The notes below the pieces were generated by a model. The model worked only from the letters and a program-made list of their open reading frames with translations. It did no database searches and had not been told where the DNA came from. Below, piece after piece: positions 17,236-25,714 of a stretch of DNA of 64,000 nt. Origin of the DNA: Gemmatimonadales bacterium (GTDB taxonomy: Bacteria; Gemmatimonadota; Gemmatimonadetes; Gemmatimonadales; GWC2-71-9); assembly GCA_036505175.1 (NCBI GenBank), contig DASXTV010000049.1, positions 33,110 through 97,109 on the forward strand, read 5' to 3'. How positions within the stretch are numbered: the first letter of the stretch is position 1; the number at the start of each line of letters is the position of its first letter. Both the position numbers and the translations under genes were made by a program.

Positions 17236-18578
17236 CGAGTAGGGCGCGCCTTGTCGCTCAGATAAGCGCGCGCCCGCTCGAGCGCGGCGTCGCATCCCGC
17301 GAGAACGTCCTCCACCCGTACCTCCTCCGGGAACTGCGGTGCGATGCCAGTTGGCACGAACTCCGTGCCGTCGGGGAACGCATCGCGGCTCACCGTTACG
17401 CGCAGCTTCCAGCCGGCAGCGAGCGCCAGGACGACCGTTTCCCCGGTGCTGCCGGCTGACGACTCGCCGATGAGGGGACCGCGGCCGCCGGCCTGGAACG
17501 CCACGAGAAAATCTTCGGCGGCGCCGCCGGTGCGCGGCGAGACGAGCACAGCCGCGGGACCGGTGTAGGCGAGCCGCTCCCGTCGTACCGGCGGCCAGAT
17601 TGTGTCGGACGGCAGGGCCAGCCAATCGCTGACGGAATCGGGCCGATATCGGGGAATGCGGCTGCGCGACGTGAGGAACGGACGCTCGATCAGACGCGAG
17701 AGCAGCGCATAGCCTTGGTCGCGGCCCCCCCGGCTCCCCCGGTCCCCCGGCGGCGCCGTCCCTGTCGTCTCCCGCAGGTCAATGATCAGGCCGCGATGCC
17801 GCCGTCCTTCGCGGGCTGCGTCTCCCAGTGCGCGATCGAACTGCGTCAGGATGTCTGGATCGGCGAACGAGTTGATGCGCACCCAGATCGCTCCGTCGGG
17901 GAGGGTGTCGGCTTCGAACGCGGGCCTTTCGAGTGGCGAGTGCGCCGTCATCGCCACGCTGCGCGTGACGCTGGCGCCGCGTTCGGCGCCGCCCGGGAGC
18001 TTGAGCAGCAGGTGCAACGCCGTGCCGCGTTCTCCTTCGAGCATCTGCGCGACGGCGCGATCCCAGCGACTCGTTTCGGTGGCCGCCGGGATCTCTGGCA
18101 GGACGGAATCACGGATCCATTCCGCCGCTGGAATGCCCTGCACGGCGAGAATCTCCGCCAGGCGCTCGGGGCGCGCCACACGCATCTCGTCGTTCGCGAC
18201 GTAGTCCATGATGAACGGCCGGCGTTCGATGCTGCGCAATATCAGGGGCGGGCGCGCGATGCGGTTCGCGATCGCCGCCGGCGGGATGATCTCGAGTTGA
18301 CCATCATTCAGCAGCGCGCCCCAGCGCCGCAGGCGGCGAAAGAACTGTAGATCGCTCGGCGCGGGGCGCTCTCCAGCGTAGGTGACCGTCGCCGCGAATG
18401 CCGAGTCCCAATTCGCGCGCACCGCGTCCCAGTAGGCATAGTTGTAGCGCGCTTCCGCCCATACGCCCGCGGCGATGAGCTGTCGATCGACGGGAGGGGG
18501 AGTCGCGCGCTGCGCCACGAGCGGTGCGACGAGGAGCGTCGGGAACCACGCTGACAACCACGGCGTACGGGATACCAT
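17232..18578 (-). CDS. S41 (tail-specific protease)-like secreted protein, possibly lacking the catalytic Ser
   Basis: 448 aa with a signal peptide. GLIIDLRETTG and VLVSPRTGGAAEDFLVAF...GESSAGSTGE resemble the S41 core, but the usual S-A-x-E stretch reads G-A-A-E. Confidence 0.7.
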   Translation of the reverse strand: MVSRTPWLSAWFPTLLVAPLVAQRATPPPVDRQLIAAGVWAEARYNYAYWDAVRANWDSAFAATVTYAGERPAPSDLQFFRRLRRWGALLNDGQLEIIPPAAIANRIARPPLILRSIERRPFIMDYVANDEMRVARPERLAEILAVQGIPAAEWIRDSVLPEIPAATETSRWDRAVAQMLEGERGTALHLLLKLPGGAERGASVTRSVAMTAHSPLERPAFEADTLPDGAIWVRINSFADPDILTQFDRALGDAAREGRRHRGLIIDLRETTGTAPPGDRGSRGGRDQGYALLSRLIERPFLTSRSRIPRYRPDSVSDWLALPSDTIWPPVRRERLAYTGPAAVLVSPRTGGAAEDFLVAFQAGGRGPLIGESSAGSTGETVVLALAAGWKLRVTVSRDAFPDGTEFVPTGIAPQFPEEVRVEDVLAGCDAALERARAYLSDKARPTR

Positions 18579-19770
18579 GGCCCTAATGTATCTGTTGCTG
18601 TTCGCATCGCCCCAATTGTTGCTGTTCCTCTACCTGCGCGAGCGCTTGCCGTTATCCGCGCGGCGGTGGCTCACCTTCGTCTTCGTCATCTTCAACATTC
18701 CCTGGGGCATCGTTGCCGTGCGGATGTTCTCCGGCAGCTTGTGGGGCATCAGTCGCGTCCCCTACATCGCGCCGTGGATCGCGTGGCAGTTTCTCGGCTG
18801 GATATTCTGTGCTCTGGTTGCCCTGTACATCGTCGCCAAAGGCGTGCGTAGTGCGTGGTACGTGGTGCGTGGGCGGTTGCTCAAGCAGTCCCACGCACCA
18901 CGCACCACGGACGACGCACGTTTGTCCAGACGACAGTTTCTCGCCCGTGCGACGTACGCCTACGGCGCGATCGGCGTCGGCTTCTCAGCCTATGGCATTT
19001 GGAGCGCCGAGCGGCTGCCGTCGATCACGCGGCGGACGCTCGTGTTCCCCGACCTCCCGCTGCCGCTCAACGGATTACGTATCGCCCATCTCTCGGACGT
19101 CCATGCCGGCATCCACATGTCCGAAGCGAAGATGCGGGAAATCGTCAAGCAGACGAACGCGCTTGGCGCGGACCTGATCGTGCAGACGGGAGACATGATC
19201 GACATCTCCCAATCGTTCATCCCCGACTACGTGCGCGCGTTTCGCGACCTGCACGCCCCCCTCGGCGTCGTCACGGTCCTCGGCAATCATGACCGCTACA
19301 CCGGCCAGGACGCGGTCATTCGCGGGGTCAAGGAAGCGGGACAGGTCTTTGTGAAGAACGGCGTGTATGTGATCGAGCGGGGCGGCGCGGCACTCGCGCT
19401 CGTCGGCATCGACGATCCGCGGAGCTGGCGCGCCGACGATCCCCAGGACACCGATCTCGATGAAGCACTGCGCGTCACGCCAGCCCCGCGCGACGCATTC
19501 CGTATCCTGCTCGCGCATCGCCCGGGCGCCTTCGACGGCGCCGCGCCCCGCGGCATTCCGCTCACCCTCGCCGGCCACATCCACGGCGGCCAGTTCTATC
19601 TGCCGGTGGTCGGTTGGTCACCCGGCCGGCTGATCACGAAGTACGTCATGGGCCACTTCACGCAGGGAACGAGCCAGTTGTACGTGAGCCGGGGGATCGG
19701 GGTAGTGGGCGTGCCGCTGCGCGTGTTTGTGCCGTCCGAAATCGCGGTGTTCGAGTTACGACGGGGGTAA
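18577..19770 (+). CDS. Membrane-anchored metallophosphoesterase (calcineurin-like)
   Basis: The start was re-set to ATG 18577 (MALMYLLLF..., several TM helices). Motifs: HLSDVHAG, GDMID, GNHD, GHIHGG. Confidence 0.85.
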   Translation: MALMYLLLFASPQLLLFLYLRERLPLSARRWLTFVFVIFNIPWGIVAVRMFSGSLWGISRVPYIAPWIAWQFLGWIFCALVALYIVAKGVRSAWYVVRGRLLKQSHAPRTTDDARLSRRQFLARATYAYGAIGVGFSAYGIWSAERLPSITRRTLVFPDLPLPLNGLRIAHLSDVHAGIHMSEAKMREIVKQTNALGADLIVQTGDMIDISQSFIPDYVRAFRDLHAPLGVVTVLGNHDRYTGQDAVIRGVKEAGQVFVKNGVYVIERGGAALALVGIDDPRSWRADDPQDTDLDEALRVTPAPRDAFRILLAHRPGAFDGAAPRGIPLTLAGHIHGGQFYLPVVGWSPGRLITKYVMGHFTQGTSQLYVSRGIGVVGVPLRVFVPSEIAVFELRRG

Positions 19771-19783
19771 TCGAGTGGTGCAG

Positions 19784-19811
19784 GTAGGGGCGCAGCATGC
19801 TGCGCCCCTAC
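19784..19811. repeat. 28-bp perfect palindrome GTAGGGGCGCAGCATGCTGCGCCCCTAC (REP-like), copy 1, followed by TTTTT
   Basis: Read directly. Identical copies lie at 26795-26822 and 47700-47727. On the plus strand it has the form of an intrinsic terminator. Confidence 0.85.
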
Positions 19812-19825
19812 TTTTTCCCCATCGC

Positions 19826-20401
19826 TCACACGCTAATTGCTTTCCATGCTGCATCGATCACGAGCCGCACACCTGCATCACCTGGCTTCCAGTCGCCGGC
19901 GACGACTCTCTCCACTGCATGACTGATCGTCGCGAGCCACACGCCTGCCCAGATCTCCACCGCGCCCGCCCGCACCGTACCTTGCGCTTTGCCTTCCGCA
20001 ATGAGCCGTTCGATCGCCACCCGAAACTCGCGCTCGGTCCTGCGACTCTCATCGTCGAGCACTGCCCCGAGGGGCTCGAGCAGTCCGAGCTTCACGACGG
20101 CGGTGTCATTGGCTGCTCCTTCGATCAGCCCGTGCGCCACCGCCGTGAGCTGCGCCCGGGCTGCTCCGGCATCGGGATCGCGGGCGGTTTCCTGCACGAC
20201 CTTCGTCGCCCACCGCTGCGCCGCCCGATACAGCTCATTCACGAGCTGCTGCTTGCTCGCGAAGTGGCGGTAAATCGTGCCCTCGGCGATGCCCGCCTTC
20301 TTCGCGATCTGCGCGGTGGTCGTGTCGTGGTAGCCGCGCGTCGTGAACAGCTCCAGCGCGGTGCGTATCAGGCGCTGCCGCGTGAGTTCGGTTGCGGTCA
20401 C
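19826..20401 (-). CDS. TetR-family transcriptional regulator
   Basis: 191 aa with the HTH segment TTTAQIAKKAGIAEGTIYRHFASKQQL. Confidence 0.9.
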   Translation of the reverse strand: MTATELTRQRLIRTALELFTTRGYHDTTTAQIAKKAGIAEGTIYRHFASKQQLVNELYRAAQRWATKVVQETARDPDAGAARAQLTAVAHGLIEGAANDTAVVKLGLLEPLGAVLDDESRRTEREFRVAIERLIAEGKAQGTVRAGAVEIWAGVWLATISHAVERVVAGDWKPGDAGVRLVIDAAWKAISV

Positions 20402-20466
20402 GGCTGCGAATCTACTAGCTTTCCGGCCGATTCATCTCCCATCAATCATTTGGAGACGTTGCCGCG

Positions 20467-21603
20467 ATGCGCATGCTCGTGCTGGGCGCTGGGCTGCAGG
20501 GTTCTGCCTGCGCATACGATCTACTGCAGCGCCCTGAGGTGAAGCGCGTCACGCTCGCCGACCTGAATCCCCGACGAGTGGCGGCCTTTCTCAAGAAGAA
20601 GAAAGACAAGCGGCTCGTCATGGCGCGCCTCGATGCGAAGAGTGGCCCGCGGCTGCGAAAACTGATGCGCGGCCACAACGCCGTCATGAACGCCCTGCCG
20701 TACTATTTCAATTATCCGGTGGCCAAAGCCGCCGTCGCGATGGGACTCCACTGCGCCGACCTCGGCGGCAACACCGAAATCGTGCAGAAACAGAAGACGC
20801 TCCACGCCGCCGCGCAGCAGCGACATGTCTCCGTCATTCCCGACTGCGGTCTCGCTCCGGGCATGGTCAACATCATTGCGGCCGAGGGGATCAGGCGAGT
20901 CGGAGAGGCCGAGAGCGTCAAGATTTTTGTGGGCGGCCTGCCGCAAAAGCCCGAGCCGCCGCTCAACTATCAGATCGTCTATTCTCTCGAAGGCGCGCTC
21001 GATTACTACACGACACCGTCCTGGGTGCTGCGCGAGGGCCGCCCCGAGCGCGTCGATGCGCTGTCGGAGCTCGAGGACGTGGAGTTCCCGAGCCCGGTCG
21101 GGACGCTCGAGGCGTTTCACACCGGCGGCGGGATCTCGACCATGCCCTGGGCGTACCGGGGCAAGGTGCGCACGATGGAATACAAGACGCTCCGCTATCC
21201 GGGCCACGTGGCGATCATGCGACCGATCCGCGAGATGGGACTCCTGTCGCTCGAGCCGGTGAAGATGAAAGGCACGGAGATCGTGCCGCGCGACGCGTTC
21301 ATCGCCGCGGTGTCGCCCCAGCTCACCAAACCGACCGGCCGCGACCTCGTCGCGTTGCGGGTGGAAGTGCAGGCACGCAACGGCCGCCGCGTAGCTTGGC
21401 AGCTGCTCGACTATTTCGACGAGGCGACGGGAATCAGTGCGATGATGCGGACGACCGGCTACTCGCTCGCGATCACGGGCGTCATGCAGGTGGATGGTCG
21501 CATCGCCTCGGCGGGTGTGTACACACCGGATGAGGCCGTGCCGTTTCAGGCGTATGTCGACGAATTGAAGCGTCGGGGCGTGGCGATTCGAGAAGTCCGC
21601 TAG
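20467..21603 (+). CDS. Saccharopine dehydrogenase-family NAD(P) oxidoreductase
   Basis: 378 aa with an N-terminal Rossmann motif (MLVLGAGLQGSACAYDL) and a saccharopine-DH-like C-terminal domain. It is divergent from the TetR gene. Confidence 0.8.
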   Translation: MRMLVLGAGLQGSACAYDLLQRPEVKRVTLADLNPRRVAAFLKKKKDKRLVMARLDAKSGPRLRKLMRGHNAVMNALPYYFNYPVAKAAVAMGLHCADLGGNTEIVQKQKTLHAAAQQRHVSVIPDCGLAPGMVNIIAAEGIRRVGEAESVKIFVGGLPQKPEPPLNYQIVYSLEGALDYYTTPSWVLREGRPERVDALSELEDVEFPSPVGTLEAFHTGGGISTMPWAYRGKVRTMEYKTLRYPGHVAIMRPIREMGLLSLEPVKMKGTEIVPRDAFIAAVSPQLTKPTGRDLVALRVEVQARNGRRVAWQLLDYFDEATGISAMMRTTGYSLAITGVMQVDGRIASAGVYTPDEAVPFQAYVDELKRRGVAIREVR

Positions 21604-22727
21604 AAGCTCCAGGCGCTCGCGAAGGTTACCTGTGTAGACTCGGTCCCTTTGCCCACTTCCAGCAGAATCAGCGTATTGCGCACCAGCGAGAGCGCCACAC
21701 CGCCGCCGGCGGCGGCATGCAGCCCCTCGAACGTGAGCCGAACCGTCTCGTTCCGGTCGAAGACTCGCCCTGCATCGTAAAACGCGATCAACTTGAGCTC
21801 GAGGAGCCGCGGCGCCCACATCAGTCCGTACCGCGCCTCGACGCCGTAGACGATCTTGCCCGGCCCCGCGAAGCGCCCGTCGTAGTAGCCGCGCAGCGAG
21901 CGCGCTCCGCCCAATGCGACCACAGGCCCTTCACTGGTTTCCATGGTTTGTTGCACCGCCAGGGGCGCCGTGCCGGTGATCGTTTCGCGACCGACGCGCG
22001 CGGCGAGAATGAGACGCTCGAGCGGATGCGCGTAGACGTGCAGCGACGTGCTGGTACGCGCGTACCCGCGGCCGCTGGCGGCGATCGCTTCGGCGAACAC
22101 GCCGCGATGCGGATCGATCTCCACATCCCGCGTGTCGAGCACGATCCCGGCGCGGGCGACGCGATCGACAAAAGGACCGATGCTATCGCGCTGGTAGCGG
22201 GTCACTCCGGGGAGCGCGCGGAACGCGGTGTACTCGAGCGAGCCACCGACGAGGACGCGGAGCGGGCCGGCGATCTTCCGCTGTATGGTGAGCCGCGCCG
22301 CGCGATTCACGCGACTGACACGGTAAAAGTACGAGCGTCCCGGTCCCGTCGTGCTGTCGCGATCGTAGACCGTGGTGTTGCCCTGGCCGTAGTAGCCGAG
22401 GCGATTCGCACGCGCCAGGCTGAGCGTCAGACCGAGCCGCCAGCCGTCCCAATAGGCGGGGGCCTGCGCGTCCGCCACGACCAGATAGCTGCCGTGGGTG
22501 CTCGCGCCGGCGTCGAACGCGACGCGGCCGAAGTACGGCTCCGGCCGGTCGGCGAAGCCCAGGGGACGCGACCAGTCGTAATGCCCGGCACCCCAGAATC
22601 CGTCGATCGAGCTGTAGTAGCCGAACGGGTACAGGTGATCGACCCAGTTGTGCTTTGGATTCGGCTCCTGCTGCGCGGCGAGTGGGGAGGCCAGCGCGAG
22701 GAGTAGAAGACCTACGCGCGCGTGAAT
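21600..22727 (-). CDS. Outer-membrane beta-barrel protein (Omp85/bacterial surface antigen-like), start codon uncertain
   Basis: The C-terminus ends in ...TFASAWSF (terminal Phe). The body has alternating beta-strand patterns. The signal peptide reads (I)HARVGLLLLALASPLAAQQ. No ATG/GTG/TTG lies in frame just upstream of it, so the 5' end is placed at ATT 22727. The track ORF to 22976 is over-extended. Confidence 0.65.
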   Translation of the reverse strand: MHARVGLLLLALASPLAAQQEPNPKHNWVDHLYPFGYYSSIDGFWGAGHYDWSRPLGFADRPEPYFGRVAFDAGASTHGSYLVVADAQAPAYWDGWRLGLTLSLARANRLGYYGQGNTTVYDRDSTTGPGRSYFYRVSRVNRAARLTIQRKIAGPLRVLVGGSLEYTAFRALPGVTRYQRDSIGPFVDRVARAGIVLDTRDVEIDPHRGVFAEAIAASGRGYARTSTSLHVYAHPLERLILAARVGRETITGTAPLAVQQTMETSEGPVVALGGARSLRGYYDGRFAGPGKIVYGVEARYGLMWAPRLLELKLIAFYDAGRVFDRNETVRLTFEGLHAAAGGGVALSLVRNTLILLEVGKGTESTQVTFASAWSF

Positions 22728-23767
22728 AGGTGTGCCGTGTCGCGAATCTTGGCGTCCGTGCCGTCGTGCACGGCGAAATGGTTGGGATAGAGCGACGCCG
22801 CCCCGAATTCCCCTCGTTTGGTGAGGGCGTAGAACACGAGATCGAACTTTGGCTTGCCCTGGGGATCCAGCAGCCGCGCTTCCGTTTCGGCGACGACGCG
22901 CTTCAACGTCTCGAGGCACGCGTCCGTCGGCTTCATGCCGCGCCGCATGTGCTCGACCGTCAAGAACCCGCCACACACTTTGATGTTTGCTTCACCCAGT
23001 CCGGTCGACCCCGCGGCCCCGACGTCGTTGTCGCAGTACTGCCCTGCGCCGATGATCGGGGAATCGCCGACCCGGCCGGGAATCTTCCACGAGAGGCCGC
23101 TCGTCGTTGTGACGGACGAGAGATCGCCCTGCGGAGTCACGGCGTCGCAGTTGATCGTTCCGGTTTTGGTGACAACGAGATGATCGGAATCGGGAACGTC
23201 GAGGTAGTTGTCGTTCGGGCTCAGGTTCGCCCGCCAGCGCAGCCACGCTTCGCGCGAATGCTCCGTCAACAGATCTTCCTCTTTAAAGCCGAACGAGAGC
23301 GCGAACCGCTTGGCCCCCTCACCGACCAGGAAGATGTGCGTCGTGTACTTGAGGATCAGCTTGGCGACTTCCGAAGGAGTCTTGATGCTTTCGAGCGCGC
23401 CGACCGCGCCCGCGCGCTTGGTCGGGCCGTGCATGCAGGAGGCGTCCAGCTGCACCACGCCCTCCGCGTTCGGCAGGCCGCCATAGCCGACCGAGTCGTC
23501 GTTGGGATCGAGCTCCTGGATCTTCACGCCTTCGACCACGGAGTCGAGCGTGTCGGCGCCCTGCATCAGCATGTCGAACGCTTTTTGCACGGCGCGCAGG
23601 CCGTTGGCGCTCGCGATCGCGACCGGCTTCGCCGCCCACCGGGACTCAGGTGGCAGCGGTCGCGGCGGCCGCATCGGATGGGGAATCCCCATGGCGGCAC
23701 TCGCGGCCATACCGCCGGCGGCGGAGCGGAGGAACTCGCGACGCGACCAAGATTCGGGCGGGGGCAT
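22712..23767 (-). CDS. Asparaginase-2 / glycosylasparaginase-isoaspartyl peptidase family Ntn-hydrolase with Tat signal
   Basis: 351 aa. The Tat-type leader is SRREFLRSAAGGMAASAAMG. Ntn-hydrolase family segments: DDSVGYGGLPN, GTINCDAV, GAGQYCDNDVGAAGSTGLGE. Confidence 0.82.
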   Translation of the reverse strand: MPPPESWSRREFLRSAAGGMAASAAMGIPHPMRPPRPLPPESRWAAKPVAIASANGLRAVQKAFDMLMQGADTLDSVVEGVKIQELDPNDDSVGYGGLPNAEGVVQLDASCMHGPTKRAGAVGALESIKTPSEVAKLILKYTTHIFLVGEGAKRFALSFGFKEEDLLTEHSREAWLRWRANLSPNDNYLDVPDSDHLVVTKTGTINCDAVTPQGDLSSVTTTSGLSWKIPGRVGDSPIIGAGQYCDNDVGAAGSTGLGEANIKVCGGFLTVEHMRRGMKPTDACLETLKRVVAETEARLLDPQGKPKFDLVFYALTKRGEFGAASLYPNHFAVHDGTDAKIRDTAHLFTRA

Positions 23768-23821
23768 GCACGGTTTTACCCACTCGTCTAGCGGCTGTCA
23801 ACTTGCTATCGTTCCCACCCC

Positions 23822-24529
23822 GTGGAGCTTTCGCTCGTGATCCCCGCGTATAACGAGCGGGAAAACCTCGCACCGCTGCTTGCCGAGATCGCGGCCGCCC
23901 TGAAAGGCCGGAGCTACGAGGTGATCGTCGTGGACGACGGCTCGACCGACGGCACACTCGACGCGCTCAAGGCGCTGCGGCAGCAGCATCCCCAGCTGCG
24001 CATCATCGCGTTCGAGCGCAATGCGGGGCAGACCGCGGCGTTCGCCGCCGGGTTTCGCTCGGCGCGCGCGCCCATTGTCGTCACGCTGGACGCCGACCTG
24101 CAAAACGACCCCGCCGACATCCCGACGCTCGTCGATACATTGCAGCGCACGGGGGCCACGGCCGTGGCCGGCTATCGTGCCACGCGACGAGATACCTCGT
24201 GGAAGCGGTTGCAGAGCCGCATCGCCAATGGCGTCCGCAACCGGCTCAACGGGGAAGTGATTCGGGACACCGGCTGCTCGCTCAAGGCGTTCCGGACCGA
24301 TGCCGTACGGGCCTTGCCGCTGTTCGCCGGGATGCATCGTTTCTTGCCGACGCTCATCAAGATGCAGGGCGGCACCGTGAGCGAAGTCCCGGTCGGCCAC
24401 CGGCCGCGGCAACACGGCGTCACCAAGTACGGGATGTGGAATCGTGTGCTGCGCTCGCTGGTGGACGCGTTTGCGGTGCGCTGGATGCAACGCCGCGCGC
24501 TGCGCTACCGCGTGCGGGAGGAGATCTGA
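23822..24529 (+). CDS. Family-2 glycosyltransferase (polyprenyl-phosphate glycosyltransferase-like)
   Basis: 235 aa. Motifs: SLVIPAYNEREN, VIVVDDGSTDGT, DADLQNDP (DxD). Confidence 0.9.
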   Translation: MELSLVIPAYNERENLAPLLAEIAAALKGRSYEVIVVDDGSTDGTLDALKALRQQHPQLRIIAFERNAGQTAAFAAGFRSARAPIVVTLDADLQNDPADIPTLVDTLQRTGATAVAGYRATRRDTSWKRLQSRIANGVRNRLNGEVIRDTGCSLKAFRTDAVRALPLFAGMHRFLPTLIKMQGGTVSEVPVGHRPRQHGVTKYGMWNRVLRSLVDAFAVRWMQRRALRYRVREEI

Positions 24530-24885
24530 TGGCAGGGGCCGACAACACTCACGAGCAGTGGCTGGCCCAGATCGACGCTGAGCTCGATGGCGAGCTGTCG
24601 TTGGTCGAGCGCGCGGCGCTGGCCAAACACCTGGCGACGTGCGGGCACTGCGCGGGCGCGCGCGCGAGCCAGCTCGAGGTCCGCGTCGCCCTCGCGCGCT
24701 CGGCCGGGAATCCGCACGCGTTCGTCGTGCCGCGCCCGGCGATCCGCGCGGGGACGCTCGCCCTCTGGGTCGCCGTCGCGCTGGCGGCCGGGCTCGTCGG
24801 GGGATGGGTTGCGAACCACCGCTGGGGTGGGCCGGGCGGGGGCGCACCACTCGAGGAAACGCGTGGCACCATCGTCGTTCAGTAG
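24529..24885 (+). CDS. zf-HC2 anti-sigma-factor-like membrane protein (no sigma gene adjacent)
   Basis: The start was re-set to ATG 24529 (TGATG overlap with the GT2 stop). HLATCGHC matches H-x3-C-x2-C. There is a single TM helix (LALWVAVALAAGLVGGWV). Confidence 0.65.
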   Translation: MAGADNTHEQWLAQIDAELDGELSLVERAALAKHLATCGHCAGARASQLEVRVALARSAGNPHAFVVPRPAIRAGTLALWVAVALAAGLVGGWVANHRWGGPGGGAPLEETRGTIVVQ

Positions 24886-25714
24886 CGTCATCCTCGTTCT
24901 GTCCGCTCTCCAGGGGCCGGGCACCCGGCTCAGTTATCGCATTCGGGTCGTCGAGCCTGCCGCGGTCACGCCGCGCGTCCTCGCCAGCGGTGCGGTCAGC
25001 GGCCCACTCGACAGCGACATGCGCCTTACCCTTCGTACCGACACCGCCGAGGTCGAGGCGTTGTTTCAGGTGACGCCGTTCGGCGACACCGTGACCATCG
25101 CTGGGGAGTTCTTGACGCGGCGGCTGGTGGGTCGGTCGCGCCGCGGCTTGCCGTTGTGGGAAGAGGACACCTACCGGCGGCAGGTTCGCATGCCGTGGAG
25201 CGATACGGCGCGGATCTATCCTTTCGGGACGGGCAAACTTGGACAGGGTGGCTCGCCGTGGGTGGAGCTGATTCTCGAGCGGGAGTTTGCCGGGGGCGAG
25301 GCGCGTCCTGCGGAAGCGTTCGACCTGGTGGATTCGACGCGCGATGTTCGCCTCGAAGCGGTGGTGCGGCCGCGGCGCGCCCGGGTAATCCTGAACCTGG
25401 TGCGCGGCGACACCGTCAGCGCGCCGAGGGGGATTGACCTGATCCCGGACGAACCGCCGCGCCTCATCCAGCTCGTGCTGAAGGGCCGCGCCACGACGCT
25501 GGTCGTGAGTCTCACCCGACCCGATCCCGCACGGTCCGCGCGCGACCGCGCGCTCGCGCGCGACGCCGACGTCGTCTGCCTGCGGGTCGGGCCGCCCGAC
25601 GCGCTCCAGCCGCTCGGCACGATCTGCGGGCGGCTCAACAACGTCGCGCGCCAGTTGCCGTTGCCAACCGGCGATACGCTGTCCGCGACATTCGCGTGGC
25701 CCGGCCCGCGCTGA
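24863..25714 (+). CDS. Hypothetical secreted protein
   Basis: The long in-frame ORF 24587-25714 overlaps the previous gene at its 5' end. A plausible start is GTG 24863, giving (M)APSSFSSVILVLSALQG. I recognise no domain. Confidence 0.45.
   Translation: MAPSSFSSVILVLSALQGPGTRLSYRIRVVEPAAVTPRVLASGAVSGPLDSDMRLTLRTDTAEVEALFQVTPFGDTVTIAGEFLTRRLVGRSRRGLPLWEEDTYRRQVRMPWSDTARIYPFGTGKLGQGGSPWVELILEREFAGGEARPAEAFDLVDSTRDVRLEAVVRPRRARVILNLVRGDTVSAPRGIDLIPDEPPRLIQLVLKGRATTLVVSLTRPDPARSARDRALARDADVVCLRVGPPDALQPLGTICGRLNNVARQLPLPTGDTLSATFAWPGPR

Noticed and set aside
20402-20466. Looked for a palindromic TetR operator in the 65-bp TetR / saccharopine dehydrogenase divergent region.
   Set aside because: Only very short self-complementary stretches (CTAG-centred) were found. 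Nothing there can be defended as an operator by eye.
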